Assembly (NCBI RefSeq): GCF_964204865.1 | Contig: NC_135253.1 | Span: forward strand, 14,322,001-14,386,000 | DNA: 64,000 bases | Direction of reading: 5' to 3' | Source of the DNA: Styela clava | Taxonomy: Eukaryota | Shown here: in pieces, positions 15,601-30,600 of the stretch | How positions within the stretch are numbered: position 1 is the stretch's first letter | Layout: each line of letters begins with the position of its first letter | The notes under the pieces: generated by a model | Seen by the model: the letters and a program-made list of their open reading frames with translations, nothing else | The model's database searches: none | What the model was told of the DNA's origin: nothing | Program-made: the position numbers and the translations under genes

Positions 15601-18600
15601 TGGGTCATTCACCTTTAATCTCCGTGGAAATGATGCTTCGGGATGTTTTCCTTTTGTTATGCGAGATCTAACTTGTGTTATTGATAAATTGGTAATTTAA
15701 TATCTATTTTTTCGTTGGCCGGTGCTGTCGAAAAAGTGATAACGTACATATCAATGCTTATACAAACATAGTTTTAACGGAATGAATTAGTTGATGGATG
15801 GAACTAAAGTATGAACGATTGTCCTTAATTGGATGTTTTGATGTTAGAACCACACACGTTTAGATTAAATTGTTTTCTGCATTACTACAAAAGATGAAAT
15901 CCCACTATGAGTCTCGAGACATATATGTAGATTGTTTTGTTCATCACGTTGTTTTGTTGTTCTACTACAAATGATGTTGTTTTGCGCAAAACTTGGCGGA
16001 ATTGAGCTTGAGTTTGTTTTTTACCGCTGCTGAACTGACAATACAATCAACAGAAGAAGTCACATGTGAGCAAAGCAAAATTCCATTCTACGATATATTT
16101 TCTATAAAAGGTGCATTTTAAATGAAGAAAAATTAATGGCGTAGTGAATTATTCAGAATGAAGTAACATCTGCTAATCTATTCTATCCGTGTTGTTCAAA
16201 TACACTTTTACCGAGAAAAGGGCAAATCATGAATATAAATATTCCATTAAAATTCTTAACGTGCTATAAATTTTCGTATGCAATGTGTGGCATCGCGAAC
16301 ATTACCAGGCTGTTTTCAAGGTGATGATCTAAGGAGAAACAGCTTCAGAATGCACAAAATAAAGATTGATTGTAGAAAATCGACAAAATCTATAGACGTA
16401 ACGCCGTGTTTTCGTTCAAATCGGCTTAACCTGCATATTTTGGCAAATTGGTCGTCGGTGACTAATCGACGAGTGAATGAGGTTTAGCCTACGGTATTTT
16501 GGTATGGACTGCTCCTTTTGCTGAACTATTGGTGTGAATTGATTCTTAGGGAAAGACGTCAACAGACGTCTGATTTAACAGCAGTTGTCATATAGTAGAG
16601 GTGAATGAAATGCTCTCCAATCATGATTTTAAATGAAGATTTCACAAAGGATTATTTCATATTTATCCCGGGAAGAGGAAAGCAGAATAAGAGCAGATAG
16701 AGAACCACAACCCCTCGTCCGGATAGCAGTCCAGGTCTTGATACACGGTCTTTGATGGTGGCGGGAGCCTTTAACTGATCACCCGTTACATTAACAACAC
16801 TGTGATGGCGACCAGTTCGGACATTTTCTCCCACAAATTTTTTCCATCATTCGATTCCGCGAATTCACGCATGTGTAATTAGCGCTGGGATGGCAAGTGT
16901 GTATATTCTGAATACATAAGCCCAAAGCTTCCTAGGTTTCTCGTCATGTGTCGCATGAATACACATATATACACCAAACTGTAGATTTAAGAACGGAATA
17001 GGAATTGTTTATATATACTACTTTTAAATTCATTTGGCGAAATCGACATAATCCATGATTTTGGCGAATCCGTTAACAATACTCAATCAAAGCGAACAAT
17101 TATTCGAATTCAGTATTATCAAATAAATCGTGCAAATCGTATCGATCGAATAACGCACGTCGCACGCTAGCTATAAAAACGAATAAGGGATAAGTGCGTC
17201 TGTTCGTAAGTCGTGACGTGATCTGTCCATAAATAATGCTTATATTTTATTTATTGCCTAAGACATTATTATTATCTCATCCGTACTGTGCAAATATTGA
17301 CTATGGAGTGTCAGATATGGTGAAGATCGTATTGAAATCAAAAGTGAATCGATATAGTTCCACGCTGGACAATGAGGACCACCCGTCCTATATGCAATAA
17401 CATATAATATATCGTTCGATAAAGTAAATCTGCCAGTGTTTGATAAAAGAGGTTACCTATTTATGTCAATGGTTAACGTCGCAGCGTATATCATCTGTAT
17501 CGTTTGTACGAAACATTTTTTCAAAACGTAAAAAATTATATATTTAGTGTAATGGAAAGAATTGTTTTCCAGATATCGTTTTTTCTTATAAAAAGAGTCA
17601 AGAGTAATTTCTTTAAATTGTGCATTTTAAGAATGAAGATTATATTGCAATTAGTGATTTGTTGTCTTGTGTAATTAAACCTTATGCGCGAACCAACTTT
17701 AATAGGAACCTGAATTCAAAACTTACTCCAACATGTAGTTTTATTCCCATCTTTGCTCAGAAAATATCATAAAACACACTTTTCCTACAAGTTCAGCGCT
17801 TTAAACAAGCAAGGTTCCACGCTAAGTAATAGTCTCGCCCTCTCTTTCTTTGCTTTGCTTTTGATTGTATTCGTATTCTTATATTTTCAACACTCTCCGC
17901 ATTTCTTATATCATTTTTACAACATAACAGATCTTGACACAGTCAACATCATTTTTCATTTAGGTAAGGGACATTTGACAATAGTGAAAGAAAGTGTGAT
18001 GCAGCATTAAAAATTAACCCGCTCTTAGTTTTAGTATGATAGCCCGACATGCCGTCTATGGAGGAGGCCATATTCATTTTGCGACGAGAACCATGTATCC
18101 ATCCATATTCCTATCCTTCGCCAAGCACACATGTTGAACATTTTACCTATAGTTTGTGTTACTTTATATGTATGAATGCAGACTGTTTTAAGACCAAATT
18201 GGTACATATACTAAAGTTCCAAACGATACGATTGGGTTCGCCGGTCTAAATCTACGATGAGGAGACATGCGCAGTTCGGCCTTACAAGGAAATGACAGTG
18301 AGGCGGTAATCCCATTAAATGTCAAATAAACAATGATGAAGGATAAAAATAATTGCGACCAATTTCCGGATAAGTCTGTTGTTTCTATATCCGGGTAGTA
18401 TTTTGAAGCTTATTAGATTTGAAATAGCTTATACAGCAATGTTGTTCACCCGCATCCGCTCCGTGCGGTTATTATCCGATTGTTACGCGGATTATAAACA
18501 AACTCAGACACAAGAAACTTTTCCCAACCAACATGAAACGACTTTCGCTGAAAAAAGAGCGATAAGTTTGCCACAAGTTACCGCGAGCCAGGATTGGTCT

Positions 18601-21600
18601 GAAGATGAAGACGCCCTAATTACCAAATCTATATTTCACAGTCCACGTGTGGACTAAATCAAAATATATGAGCGATAATTTGACAATTCCGATATTTCGA
18701 TACTCACACAAGACTAGTCTACATTTGAACGCTAGGACATATGTTACAAATAGCGTATTTCTGAATTTTGGGAAGTTTATATTATCTAGTTTATTATGTT
18801 TAGGATAGATATAACCAAGGATATCCAAAATCGAATAATTTAAGCTTCGAATATATTATAAATTTAGTAATTATTCACAAAATAATTGCACAAATCGTTG
18901 TAAGTTCTTAGAATTGAAGATGGTAATGCAGAAATGCTGAAATCAACGTTGTTTCGGTTCATTTTCTTTTTTTATGGTGTCAGAAGATGGATGAAATCTA
19001 TTCTTTTTGTCTATAACATATACTGATATTTTTGAATATCGCCAATTTCATATCTATATTATATTCGATTGATTTTTGATCTTTGGCATTAACTGCGCTT
19101 ACAATCTCCCAATAAAACAAAGGGTAGTTATCACGTCGTTAGGGAATATAATGATTCTCACACATGAGTGATCGTTTCAGTTCATACAGATACCTGATCT
19201 TTAAAGCTAATTAGTCATTAAACCCACCAAATGGGGGTCAGCACTTACGGATCGTTGAAATGTTGATCCAAAGAAATACGAAAAGATGGGTATAGGAAAC
19301 CGGCCTAATCTTATTATCGTTTTTACAAAAACACATTTGTCATTTGTAAACTAAAACAAACGATAATTCACTAGAATGTGACAGTAATTATTAATACAGT
19401 AATACAGTAATTTTGATGAACAATACTATTTAAAGTACATGTATGATTTATGTAAGTGTATATACCCCGACGATGGGTCTGGTGTAGCCCATACTGTCAA
19501 TAACAAGAGACGAATATGAACAAATCGTATTTTAGCAAAATGTTAGGTAATTGCGTTTAATTTCTAACAGCACGATGGAAACTCATTTGCAATAACCTTT
19601 TGGGCCATAAACATGAAGGAATTATTATGGGTATTTTCGTTACATCGGCAATAGATCACAAAAAGTAGGTTAACAAAAAATATGATATCGGCTGAATAAG
19701 CAAGTTGCCATTGACCATGCAATCTGCGGTTGCAAATAACGAAGACGTATGTATGTCCAACCAGAATCGTCACCGAAAAATTGCCTTCGGGACAAGAGTC
19801 CGCGCAGGTGAAACTTACAAGTAATAATCGTGAGTTGCAGCATAAATGCCTAGTTACACGGCAACTATTTTGTAGTTGTTGTTTTAACATTTCAGTCGCT
19901 CCAATCTATCTATAATCCTTAGGTGGAAAAGTTGGATGCTTTCTGACATGGTATACAGATCGAATAGTTAGATATAACATGATGTGTTTCTGTAAAGGGC
20001 GAGTAAGCAATTTGGTAACTTATCCAGGAATGTTATCAGATAATCCTGATTAATTACTTGAAATCTCCGTTTATGAGACAATTCATTTATCATTTCCAAC
20101 CACGTTAAGAATATATAGATTATTAACAAATAAGAGATATGTCGATTTTCCGCTTGGTACCGGTTGTTATCTATTGGGGTTATCTCGAACTATATTGCTT
20201 CATACGTTCATACACTGCAGTGTTTAAATAAGGATGCAACGTAATCGTTGTTGAGTATGACGCACCATATGTGACCCACAATCAAACGATCGCGGTTGAA
20301 AGTGGATATCTAAATCATTTTATATAAGTACAGTAATGTAAAACAACAATAATAGTCCTACAGGGAAAATTGATTATCTACATAAATTTTTTTTTGGTAT
20401 GTATAAATTCTCACCCACCTGGGGACCCCAGGGTAAGCCTGGGGATTTTCCGTCTGTCAACGAAATTTATACAAGTAATCAACCAACATCAATTTTATAG
20501 AGTCCGTGACTGCTCAGAATTTTACTGCATTGGCGAAAATTGGTCTTGTCAGACAATTTTTGAAGAGGTCGTATCAATAAATTTATACGCAGCGCTTCGC
20601 GTCTCAAGGATAGCTTGCAATTCTTCCATCGATGTTTTTTTAACTTTTAAGCGAAGGCTTGTCACTTTACTTACTATGTGAGATATTGCATTAAAAATAT
20701 TGTATTATAAACGCTCCTTTTAATACGAGAAAACCGTTGGATGAAATACCATTCTCATTCGTCTGTTCGTAAGAAAATGTTTCCATGCTTTTGTGAATTC
20801 GTTTTTTCACAATTACATAGTTATGCTACAAAACTTTAGAGATTTACATTTATTTAAAACATTCTGGCAATGTTATAATTCAAGCTCATTATATTAGTAG
20901 AATTTGAAGTACTTCTGAGCATAGATGGTATCGGAAAGCCGTGTGGGAATCTTCGACGAATTCTGACATCATTCTGATGCTTACATTTCTAATACAAATA
21001 TATTCACCTGGGTATAGAGAGAAAATATGTTTGAAGCACACAAATTAAACCAGACATTCCGTGTTCTTTCCTCATGAAGTTCACAAATTGAGTCGGGACA
21101 CGACAGCAACGTGATGAATCTCTCGCAACGATTATTTATGTCGCAATTAGTAATAGTGTCAAAAGATGAGGATCAACGCGGCTATAACCCAACCAAGAAA
21201 TATATGCCAATTATTACACAATCAAGTATGGGTGACGCTTACCGAGTCAAAAAGACCACAAACTACAAAATGAAATTCCTATGGTGGATACTTCGCAGAG
21301 CAAAGTATTTGTGAACATAGGTAGGTATAATTTCAATTAAAACCGTGGTGTTTTTCGGAATCTGGATTTGAAGCAACAACAAATTACCCGTTTTCTATTT
21401 CAGAAACAACTTTTGAATTAATAATTACATTATATTGATTTTACAACCGCGAAGTGTATTGATTTTTAACTACGACAACACATTTGCTAACAAAACAACT
21501 TGAACTACACTAGAAAACAGCTGTCATGCAAACAAGCTCGTTAAAATGTATTTACGATCTTCAAACAATTGCGGACAAGAGCGATTCTCCTTTCAACCTG

Positions 21601-24600
21601 AATTGATACCGGACTGTGCGCATGGTAATACGTATAGAGTTTACGTGATACAAGATGTAACACTTCCTTTTCCATTTGAAATTATCGACATGCATCAGTC
21701 TACTGTTATCCGCAAGAAATAAATAAAAGACATAATGTCTATTTTCAATTCGTTTAAGTTGGGGAAAGAGACCATAAATTTCCAAGGAAGCGGAAGTAAC
21801 AGAAATAATTTGTCGATTATGTCGATTGGTTAATATACAAGACCATAATGACAGGAAGTATGTATGTATGTAGTATGTTTGTTTGTCTCGCAATGATGCA
21901 CATAAAAGATGACAATATTAATGTTGGAGGCGGAATATGTGGTGTTGTGCACCATTTTGCCACACATGTCAACATTTATCCCACATTGTCCCGCCTGCCC
22001 CCTTTTAGCATACAGCCCCACTTCCCTATGCATGTCCCACCTAACCCACACTTGTCTCACTTGCTTGGTCAGAGCATAGATATGAAGTGGGATTGATGCT
22101 ATGTTCTGTGTTATGGTGGATATCCGGAATAAGATTGAGGTGTTCATATGATGTGTGATTCATACAATTGAGACAAGTGGAAAAAGTGAAATATCTTCTG
22201 AAACAACTTTCGGCTCACCACAATTTCGAGACACCAGAATACAATTGCACGAATGTGCTATGGTTTCATTACATTTGAACCCTTGACAATTGCACCTGTA
22301 TGCTATTGCACCTATGGGATTTTTTTTGTTTCACGGACAGTTAAACCCATACTAACCCTAACCCATGGGTTTTAGCACCCGCATATAGATTGAACCCGTG
22401 GATATACGCATGGGTTCAAATGTACGTGGGCTCAAATGTACGGTCACCATGTGCTATACATGCATCAATTTGGATGAATCGGAAAATACAGATGATATGA
22501 TCACCGGATCAGGCGGTTGACGTTCATTATACTCGGAGGGCGGGCAGAGTAACTGAGGTAACATGAATGTGCTGATATAGTCAAATCTGTAACAGTCAGA
22601 CAAGAATATGTTGATTAAGTAATATTCCGTCAAATGACAAGAAATGGATTTATTAAAACTTCCAATAGGCGTCCAATATTGCCAAATTGACTTTTTATCA
22701 TAACTGTCAGGTTGGGTACATTTTTAATATTCTAGTGTGCGTGCTTTCATTTTGAGAAATGAAGTCTGCGGAAAATACCAGTGTTTTTCTACGCTTCGTC
22801 AGCAATAATTGAAGATAAATTTTCATCAAGTTAACCAAACCCAAAACAAATAAACTGAATATGTGTAATGCAAAATAATCTATACAGATGAGACGAAACC
22901 TCTGCGGGAATGGCACGTTATGCAATCTGAGTTGCGTAATATATAGTCTGCCAACAAAAGAAACAAAAAAATTGAAGAACATTAATGAGAGAGATGCGCG
23001 CTGTAGGAAGGATTGTTATACAATGGGGATCTTATCTTGACAGTGTGATGCTACTTTCCATAATTAAAATTTGATTGCATCACTCAACGCGATGGCGAAT
23101 GCGCATTGAACTGGAATAGTTCCAAATTGTATTTAAACAAAGGATAACAGGAATATATTCAATTTATGCGAAGGTAACAGGGTTGATCTATATCAGGGGT
23201 CACCAAACTACAGCCCGCGGGCCGGATCCGACCGGTGGCGTCCTTTCATCCGGCCTGTAATAACACGTAAAAATGGCGAATTTTTTGCGAGGGGTGTTTC
23301 CCCGAGCATAGACTTCCTCGTTCACTTCGTAACATTGGCCAATCAGCAAGATGCAAAAAGTGACATAACAATAGACCCTTTCGCATCCGCTCAGACACTC
23401 TTGACATTGGGACATATTTTCAGTCATGGTTTCAAACAATACCTCATATTCGCGATTCTGAACGCTATTCGTTAGTTTTTGGTCGTGATTCCGAAATTTA
23501 AGAATGAATCAAATACGTCAATCATCATTTTGCCTTCTTATGAGTTTCAATTTAATTGCAGTAATGAAAATTGTCTAGAAATAGCTGTGATAAAATAGGC
23601 TTGAATTCTCTACCGGTACCGAACATTGCGAAGGATGCACTCATGGCGCGTGCTTTCGGCGAAACTGTTGCTGTCTAGGTTTGTCTTGCTAAAATGAACG
23701 TCGAACGTGCATTTACGTCAATAGTATACTAGTCACGTTAACTTTTTACTGCTTACATGCGGATATTGATGACAGCAATTGTTTTGCTAACAGCTAACCT
23801 CAGGATGGTTGTCTAGAAATCTTGTATACTTGTTTTGCTATGATGTTCTTCATCTATATTCTGCGATACTGGTATAGAATTTCATATTCAAGACTTATAT
23901 TGTTGGATAAATTGAATGGATTTCACAGCTTTTGGGAATTTATTGTATTGCACTGCCAAAAATATTCGTCCGGCCCGTTTCATCACAGTTTGAGTCATAT
24001 CTGGCCCGCGGTCAAGAAAGTTTGGTGGCCCCTGATCTATATCAATGCGTTTAAATTATATTTGAAGATCCATAATGAATCTGCTGGAATAAAAGTGCTT
24101 AAAATTAGTTTTATCGAAAATAATGACCTTCAAAAATACATTGTGGCTTATGGTTGTGAATTTGTTTCGCCATTTATGTATATTATATGCTTTGATATAA
24201 ATTATATATCTATTTATAATATAAAATGCGAAACAATTCTGTATTTCTTAGATAGACATCTATAGTATCAGGCTCTTTGAATATAAACATCCCGACACTA
24301 CATGATTGATATGATAAAATCGGTGCATAAAATTGATTTACGGGAAAAATAAAACACTTAAAATTACAAAGACTGAAATGAATGTTTATTCATGAGTCAC
24401 GTACGAAAAGGAAATGGGATGCCGAGATAACTTGGACCTGTTACTTTAGTAAACTGACATAATAAAAAATCATTTCATGAGTATTCCTGAGAACTACCAC
24501 CCAAATAAAAGGTAGCGGATCCTTTACGCAGAAATACGTACTGTGTTTCCCCTTTTTTAATCGAGATTTTAGAGCTGGACTAATATTTGTCCATTTTAAT

Positions 24601-27600
24601 TAATTGTACGTCGTCAATCGGCATATTCAATTCTTCTAATCGATTCTGAGGGCCGACACACTATTGGATATAACTTTTTTTTTCATGAAAGAAATCAATC
24701 AATGCCCAAAAATTCTAAGAAATGGCGGCAGGAGAAAAGAAGCAAATCAAAAAAATTTCAAATCAAAGTTAAATTAATTAAGTTAAATTATTACATTAGA
24801 AAGGTCTTGCATAAGAACTTTCCCAAACAGAAGTCAATATCAATTAATAAATTATGTATGACAATTACTCGTGAGTGTTTCCTGGAACGAAACAATTCAC
24901 TGAATATTTTAGACGACCTGGATTGAAATGAACAATCCATATAATATCTCGCACATAAAACCGTTACTTTTTCACATTTTGGTTAAACAGAGGATAATCA
25001 AACTGTAGCGACGCGGGGCCCAGATTGAAAACCACTGATCTAGCTGATGTAGTGATCTAACACCTATCAATTTAGGCTCATTATCAAGGCCCGGGAAAAA
25101 ACAGTACGATGTTCATCATAAGCTTCATCATGAGCATAATAATGTATTACGGAAGTGGAACAACAGAACAAATCTCAAACTATTCCCTAGCAACCGACAA
25201 CCGAAATAAGAATAGTATATTGTTATATCCTTGTACGAAATCAGTTCAAAAGATTTCTTTTTCGGCCACTTAATTATTTTTACAAGATTTCCTTGGAGAG
25301 AAACCGGAAGGGACATAATACAGGACAAACACACCCTATTCCAGGTAGATATATGGACATGTGATAAACAATGATGGATAAGTGCGAAAGTGGGTGGTCA
25401 GTTACTATGAGGGAGGTCAGAAGACAAAACGAAAATGAATTAGACATATGGATAAGTGATGACGTTAACGTTATGATGACAATATGAACAGGGTTAGTTA
25501 TAACGAGTGAAAAGAACGAATAGTGCATTTTATTAGGTTTCCTGCTTAATTGGATACGAAGTGGACCGTTCGACCTGGGATTCGTTCTTCATTTTGAAGT
25601 TTTGCGTGATGAGTCTGATGACGCCATCAAAATTAAAATTTGCGCAACGCGTGGCGTTCCGCTTTCGCATTTCAGCGACTAGTGATCAAGGTAGTAGCGG
25701 TACTGTAAAAAATTTGATACTTCTTTGTATTAGCATTCGTGTCAAATTATTTGACTGTTGCACTCTTGTTCATTTTAAACATGAAGAAATCTAGCAAGCA
25801 CGAAGAAATGCGTGAGCTTCACTCCGTGCATAGATCTGCATAAAAAGCCGCTAAGTCTTAAATTAATAATAGATTTTTTTGCCTAGCATTAGAAGAAGGC
25901 CATGACGGTCAGCATTTCAAACGAATATTTCATTAAAAAAGTGTTCACAATAATACGGATAATTGACTATATGTAACAATGGGGGTAGGAATAAAATACC
26001 AACTTCTCAAACCACGAAATAATCACATGTCATCAGCGCAAACCTTACGAAACGAACACGTCCGCATGACATCGTAGGACAGACTGTTCAGCGCCTATAT
26101 ATTCCACAGAGAATATTAATAAATTACCTCTATTGGGAAGTGGTGAAATATTACAATTTATTACCGTCAATTTCGAACAAGTATGGGGTATTGTTTATTA
26201 GAGTTTGTATGTCCAACTAAGCGCGGCCCCACGAAGGGTTGAGTAAAACACAAAATCTTTCAAACAGGCATCAGGGTGACAAGCGCGGAATGATTAGCTT
26301 GTGCTGCATCGAAATAGCAACTCGACCAAACCACAAACTTGTATTATTATACGGGTAAAACCAATCTCACAGCTGTACAATAATGCTGACAGCTTTGTTC
26401 CTCATGTATACTGCAATGAAGTTATGTAGAAAGGAGGATTTGCGGGACGATCCCTATACTTCAATCCTCTATGACGGTGTGTTCAATTAGCATTCCATAA
26501 ATAGTAGGGGTAAGGGTCATTTTGAACGGTTTGTTCAAACAATGTTGAAAGCAGGTTATTTTCACATACTACGCCTGCAAACTTTCATTTCTTAAGTTCT
26601 CCGTGAGTGCCTATAGGTTGTCACTTTTAAACATCGGGGCCAGTCGTAGTTGAAAACCATTTGAAAAAATGAATGAATACAGTGCGAAGGAGTATAATAA
26701 CAGAGAAACTTTGTCATTTTGTTTTGAAAATTCCCCATTTGGAGTTGAACTAAAGAATGAAATACCGATGCCAATGTGTTCTGAGGTTCCTATAACAATC
26801 ATGTCCACTACAAATTTGGCTGGAAAAAAATCAAACGAAAAATATTGAAAGAAAACAAAAAATACAAAAACAACATAAATAACACGATATTGGCTTCAAC
26901 TCAGAAGGGAGAAATTTGAAAAGGATGCTGTGGAATAAAATAAGAAAAACTTTTTTTTTTGATTTAACCCCTAAACCTTTTATTCAAATACTATACTATG
27001 ATTTAATACCAGCTTGAAGAGCACTCTTTTACAGTACGAATAAATTTTTTCTTCAAAATCTCAACAGTTGCCCTTTCGTTTTGGCACTCTAGTAATGCCT
27101 TTACGTACATCACAAAATTTGCCATGATTCGTTGCATTATTGACCATCTTCATTGATCGGATTTACAAAACCGCAAATATTTTAAACAGGCACACAATTC
27201 ATTTCATTTGATGAAAGTAAAAGCTTTATTGGGAATTTCCAAAAGTCGTTACCTAATTTTTAGAAAATTTAATTTGGTCGTTCGCGTGCGGTTCAGCAAA
27301 CTGATTTGCGGTTGAACGCGCTAGAAAATTGGGCAACGCTTCATTAAATTAAAAGAAATTAGATTTCAAAGTAATTTGTCCTGAACTGAATTTCGATGAA
27401 TAAAGTTGTTTTTCGATTAGTGATGACCTAATATATTTGATATAAAATGGATTCAAAATTAATAATATTTGATAAAAGTGTTTTCATAACAAAATTAGCG
27501 TCTTTTATTGAAATGTACTGATTCATGATTTATGCGAAATTTGGTTTATATCATGATTTTAGGAAAAAACAGATACGTCATTGAAAATTGGGGCCAAACC

Positions 27601-30600
27601 GGAATTCTGGAATATCAAATTATCCCTATCCCAGGACTTCCCCACGACGTCCAATAAACTTAACTAATTAATACACTAATTAAAGTGCTTTGATCATAGA
27701 ATATTTAAAATTAGAATCGAAATGAATATGCAAACTTAGTATCCGAACCAAACGGAATGAAAAGCTCAAACTCGGAAGTTCCACAGAAAGAAAAAGGTTG
27801 GGAAACCCTGCCATGGACAATTGAAATAAATCAAATATTCTATCATTTTTAGGTGCACAAAAATGCAAGACCGCGAAGAATACAATTAGAAAAATTTTTT
27901 AACGTGAAAAATTATAAGAAATAATTTAAGAATCAACCAAGAGCAACTTTTTCTCACATGAACGTTGATTATAAAAAAAACATACAAACATTTGCGAAGT
28001 GTTTCAGAACCAGCGCTTTGCATGAATACAATGGAATATCGTATAATAGAAAGCGAGATATTGGGTCTAACTCAAGTGGTACGGGTCGTTTGTCATAAAT
28101 TAGAGGTTGTGTGACGAAGGGGAGAGAATATGGCTAATATAATATCAGTAAGCCATGATAATTGTGTCGATTCCGACTCTATATCACATATTGGCGTCAT
28201 ATCATCGTAAATTCGTCTACAATAAAGCATCGATGATGCTGTTTCGTGCATTTGTCAATAATTATACGAAATAGATGAAAAGGTATAAACCTCATATAAA
28301 CGATAATTTATTCCACATCGAGTGGGTTGATATTTTTATGAAATACGTTATATGTGATTTTCATTTATAGTGTGTATATACCTCCAATTCCTGACATTGC
28401 ACAGATGTCATTGGGATTCCTTGAAATTGGCATTCGTCATATAAAGCGTAATAACACGGATATCTAAAAATATATGGAAATACCAACGCACAAAAATTTC
28501 TTTCAGGAAACAAAAACCAAAAATTTGAGTCAACATCAAACACTGTTCTGTGTAATTTAAGACGTTGTAAATTGTTAAGGACCATTTCAACTACAAAACA
28601 TCCGAATTTCGTGACAGCACAAGATTTGTAACTGATTTTGAGATCCACAATCATGCATAATTGAAGTAGTTTTTCTCAGGGAGTTTCATTATCACAATTG
28701 GCCAACAAGTCAAAGATAGGACACTAAAATCAGTAATACGGTCAGATTCTTTAGAACTGCACAATACACGAGCCATACCTCCATCCTGTTATTCGATTCT
28801 GCATAACAAGAGCTGGCACAAGTTTTCGCCACAACAAACGAATTCACAGGATCTGTGGCGGAATTGAACTTCGGATGCATTTCAAAGAAACCGAACCTCG
28901 AATGCACGGTGGCAACATCCTTTATCACTGTCCGTGACCATGACTTGAAAGGTGGAACGCATGAAGTAAAACAACGTTGTCAGCGTCGCGAAGGACCACT
29001 TATTGCGTAGATTTCCAGTTAAAACACTCGCGCGGCAAGTTAACTGCAATTGATATTCAACGATATGATTCTTGTGTTGTAGGACCCATTTCGGCGGGAA
29101 TAAAACGATTACGTCATTCTTAAGTCAAAAATACAATTTTGATATGCAACTAGAGCATAAACCGTAGTCTGGCAACTATCAGCTACGCGCGAACGAAAAT
29201 ATAATGTCATCTTTGTTACCGGTGTTCAAACAAGATCCAAGTTTAACTCAGCAAAAAACGAAGTTTAGAACATTGAGCGAAACAAGACGTCACAAGCACT
29301 TCAATTATAGGATAAGCATGGAATCACATACAATGACAAGGTTAAAGGCTTGGGTCAGTTACAAGTGCCGGGTAGCAAGTCCGTGGGATCGTTCACTATA
29401 GAGTGGGATTACGTAATGTGAAAAAGGTATCTCCTTTTACAATGACAAAAGGTACTATAACAAGCAAGTTCTATTTAATGAGTATATGAGTGGATTTGTT
29501 CAATTTCAACTGTGTTCCATATTCAAGTTTATTGTACGAGTGTATTATAAGATTTCATGTACTGTTTCAGACTTAAAAATGATTTCCGTACATTCAACTT
29601 TTAACTGAATACCTTCCTAGTTGAAAAAATAAAAATCCTCAACTATTGAGAACTGAACATAAAAAAAAACAAATTTATTAGTTTGCCGCGAAACACTATA
29701 GAAAACGACAGGTTCATATCGAGATAAAATCAAAAATTTCATATATACCGAATTTTAGGGTACTATCTTTTATTTTATATTCACCCCAAACACCATAATT
29801 ATGATAATAACAAAAAGACACTCCCAATAATGCACAAGTCAATAAACTGTGGATAAATCTAAATAAATAAAAGAATGCACTGACAAAGCATGTGTTAAAT
29901 TTCGTAATGTTGCATGATATATATTACAATCTGTTTATTTATGACCAAATTATTACTTGCAACGTATTTTATATGTTGTCAGGATGAAGCAAGATTATTC
30001 CGGTCTAGACCAGTCCAATACCTAGTGGGGTAAGCTTAGCAACTTTAAACAAAATGGGATAAGTAACTGGGTATGTTAGCCCGAGAAAACGATAGTCGTG
30101 GGTAGGTGTTGGGTTTCCAGAAGGAAAATGTCAATGTTGATATTGGCAAATTTTGTGCATCGTCATGGCCAAAGATTCGTTAAAGCGTGTCCATAACAAT
30201 TGTGCACGATACAAAATAATCGAAAATAAAAGGTATTCTCATGGAAACATGAGAAAACTCTTCCTTAACGCCAAACTTTCCGTATAAATATAAACCTCAG
30301 GAAATACAAGCTTGCATTAATGAAAACAAGAAATTTTAACTTCTATTCAACAATCGGACGAAACCAGAAATAGGGGAGGAAACCATGGTTGGAAACCCAT
30401 GGGTGAAGCAAACTCAAGTCCCCGTACACAAGGGGTAAGACTTTCCCATTTGATATGGACAGTCAGATGGAGAGTATAGTTTATAAAATGGCTCACAAAG
30501 TCACTTGCTCTCAACTCACTATCATGTATGTTTTGGGAATATTTACTGACTGGAAGAGACATACGAGCATACTCGACAAAGAGATGAATATGTGCAGTAC

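Noticed and set aside
20418-20446. Palindrome CCTGGGG-A-CCCCAGG
   Set aside because: Too short and isolated; probably a repeat remnant.
23822-24265. 147-aa ORF
   Set aside because: It runs across a MITE end into AT-rich flank, has an AT-biased F/I/Y composition and shows no domain.
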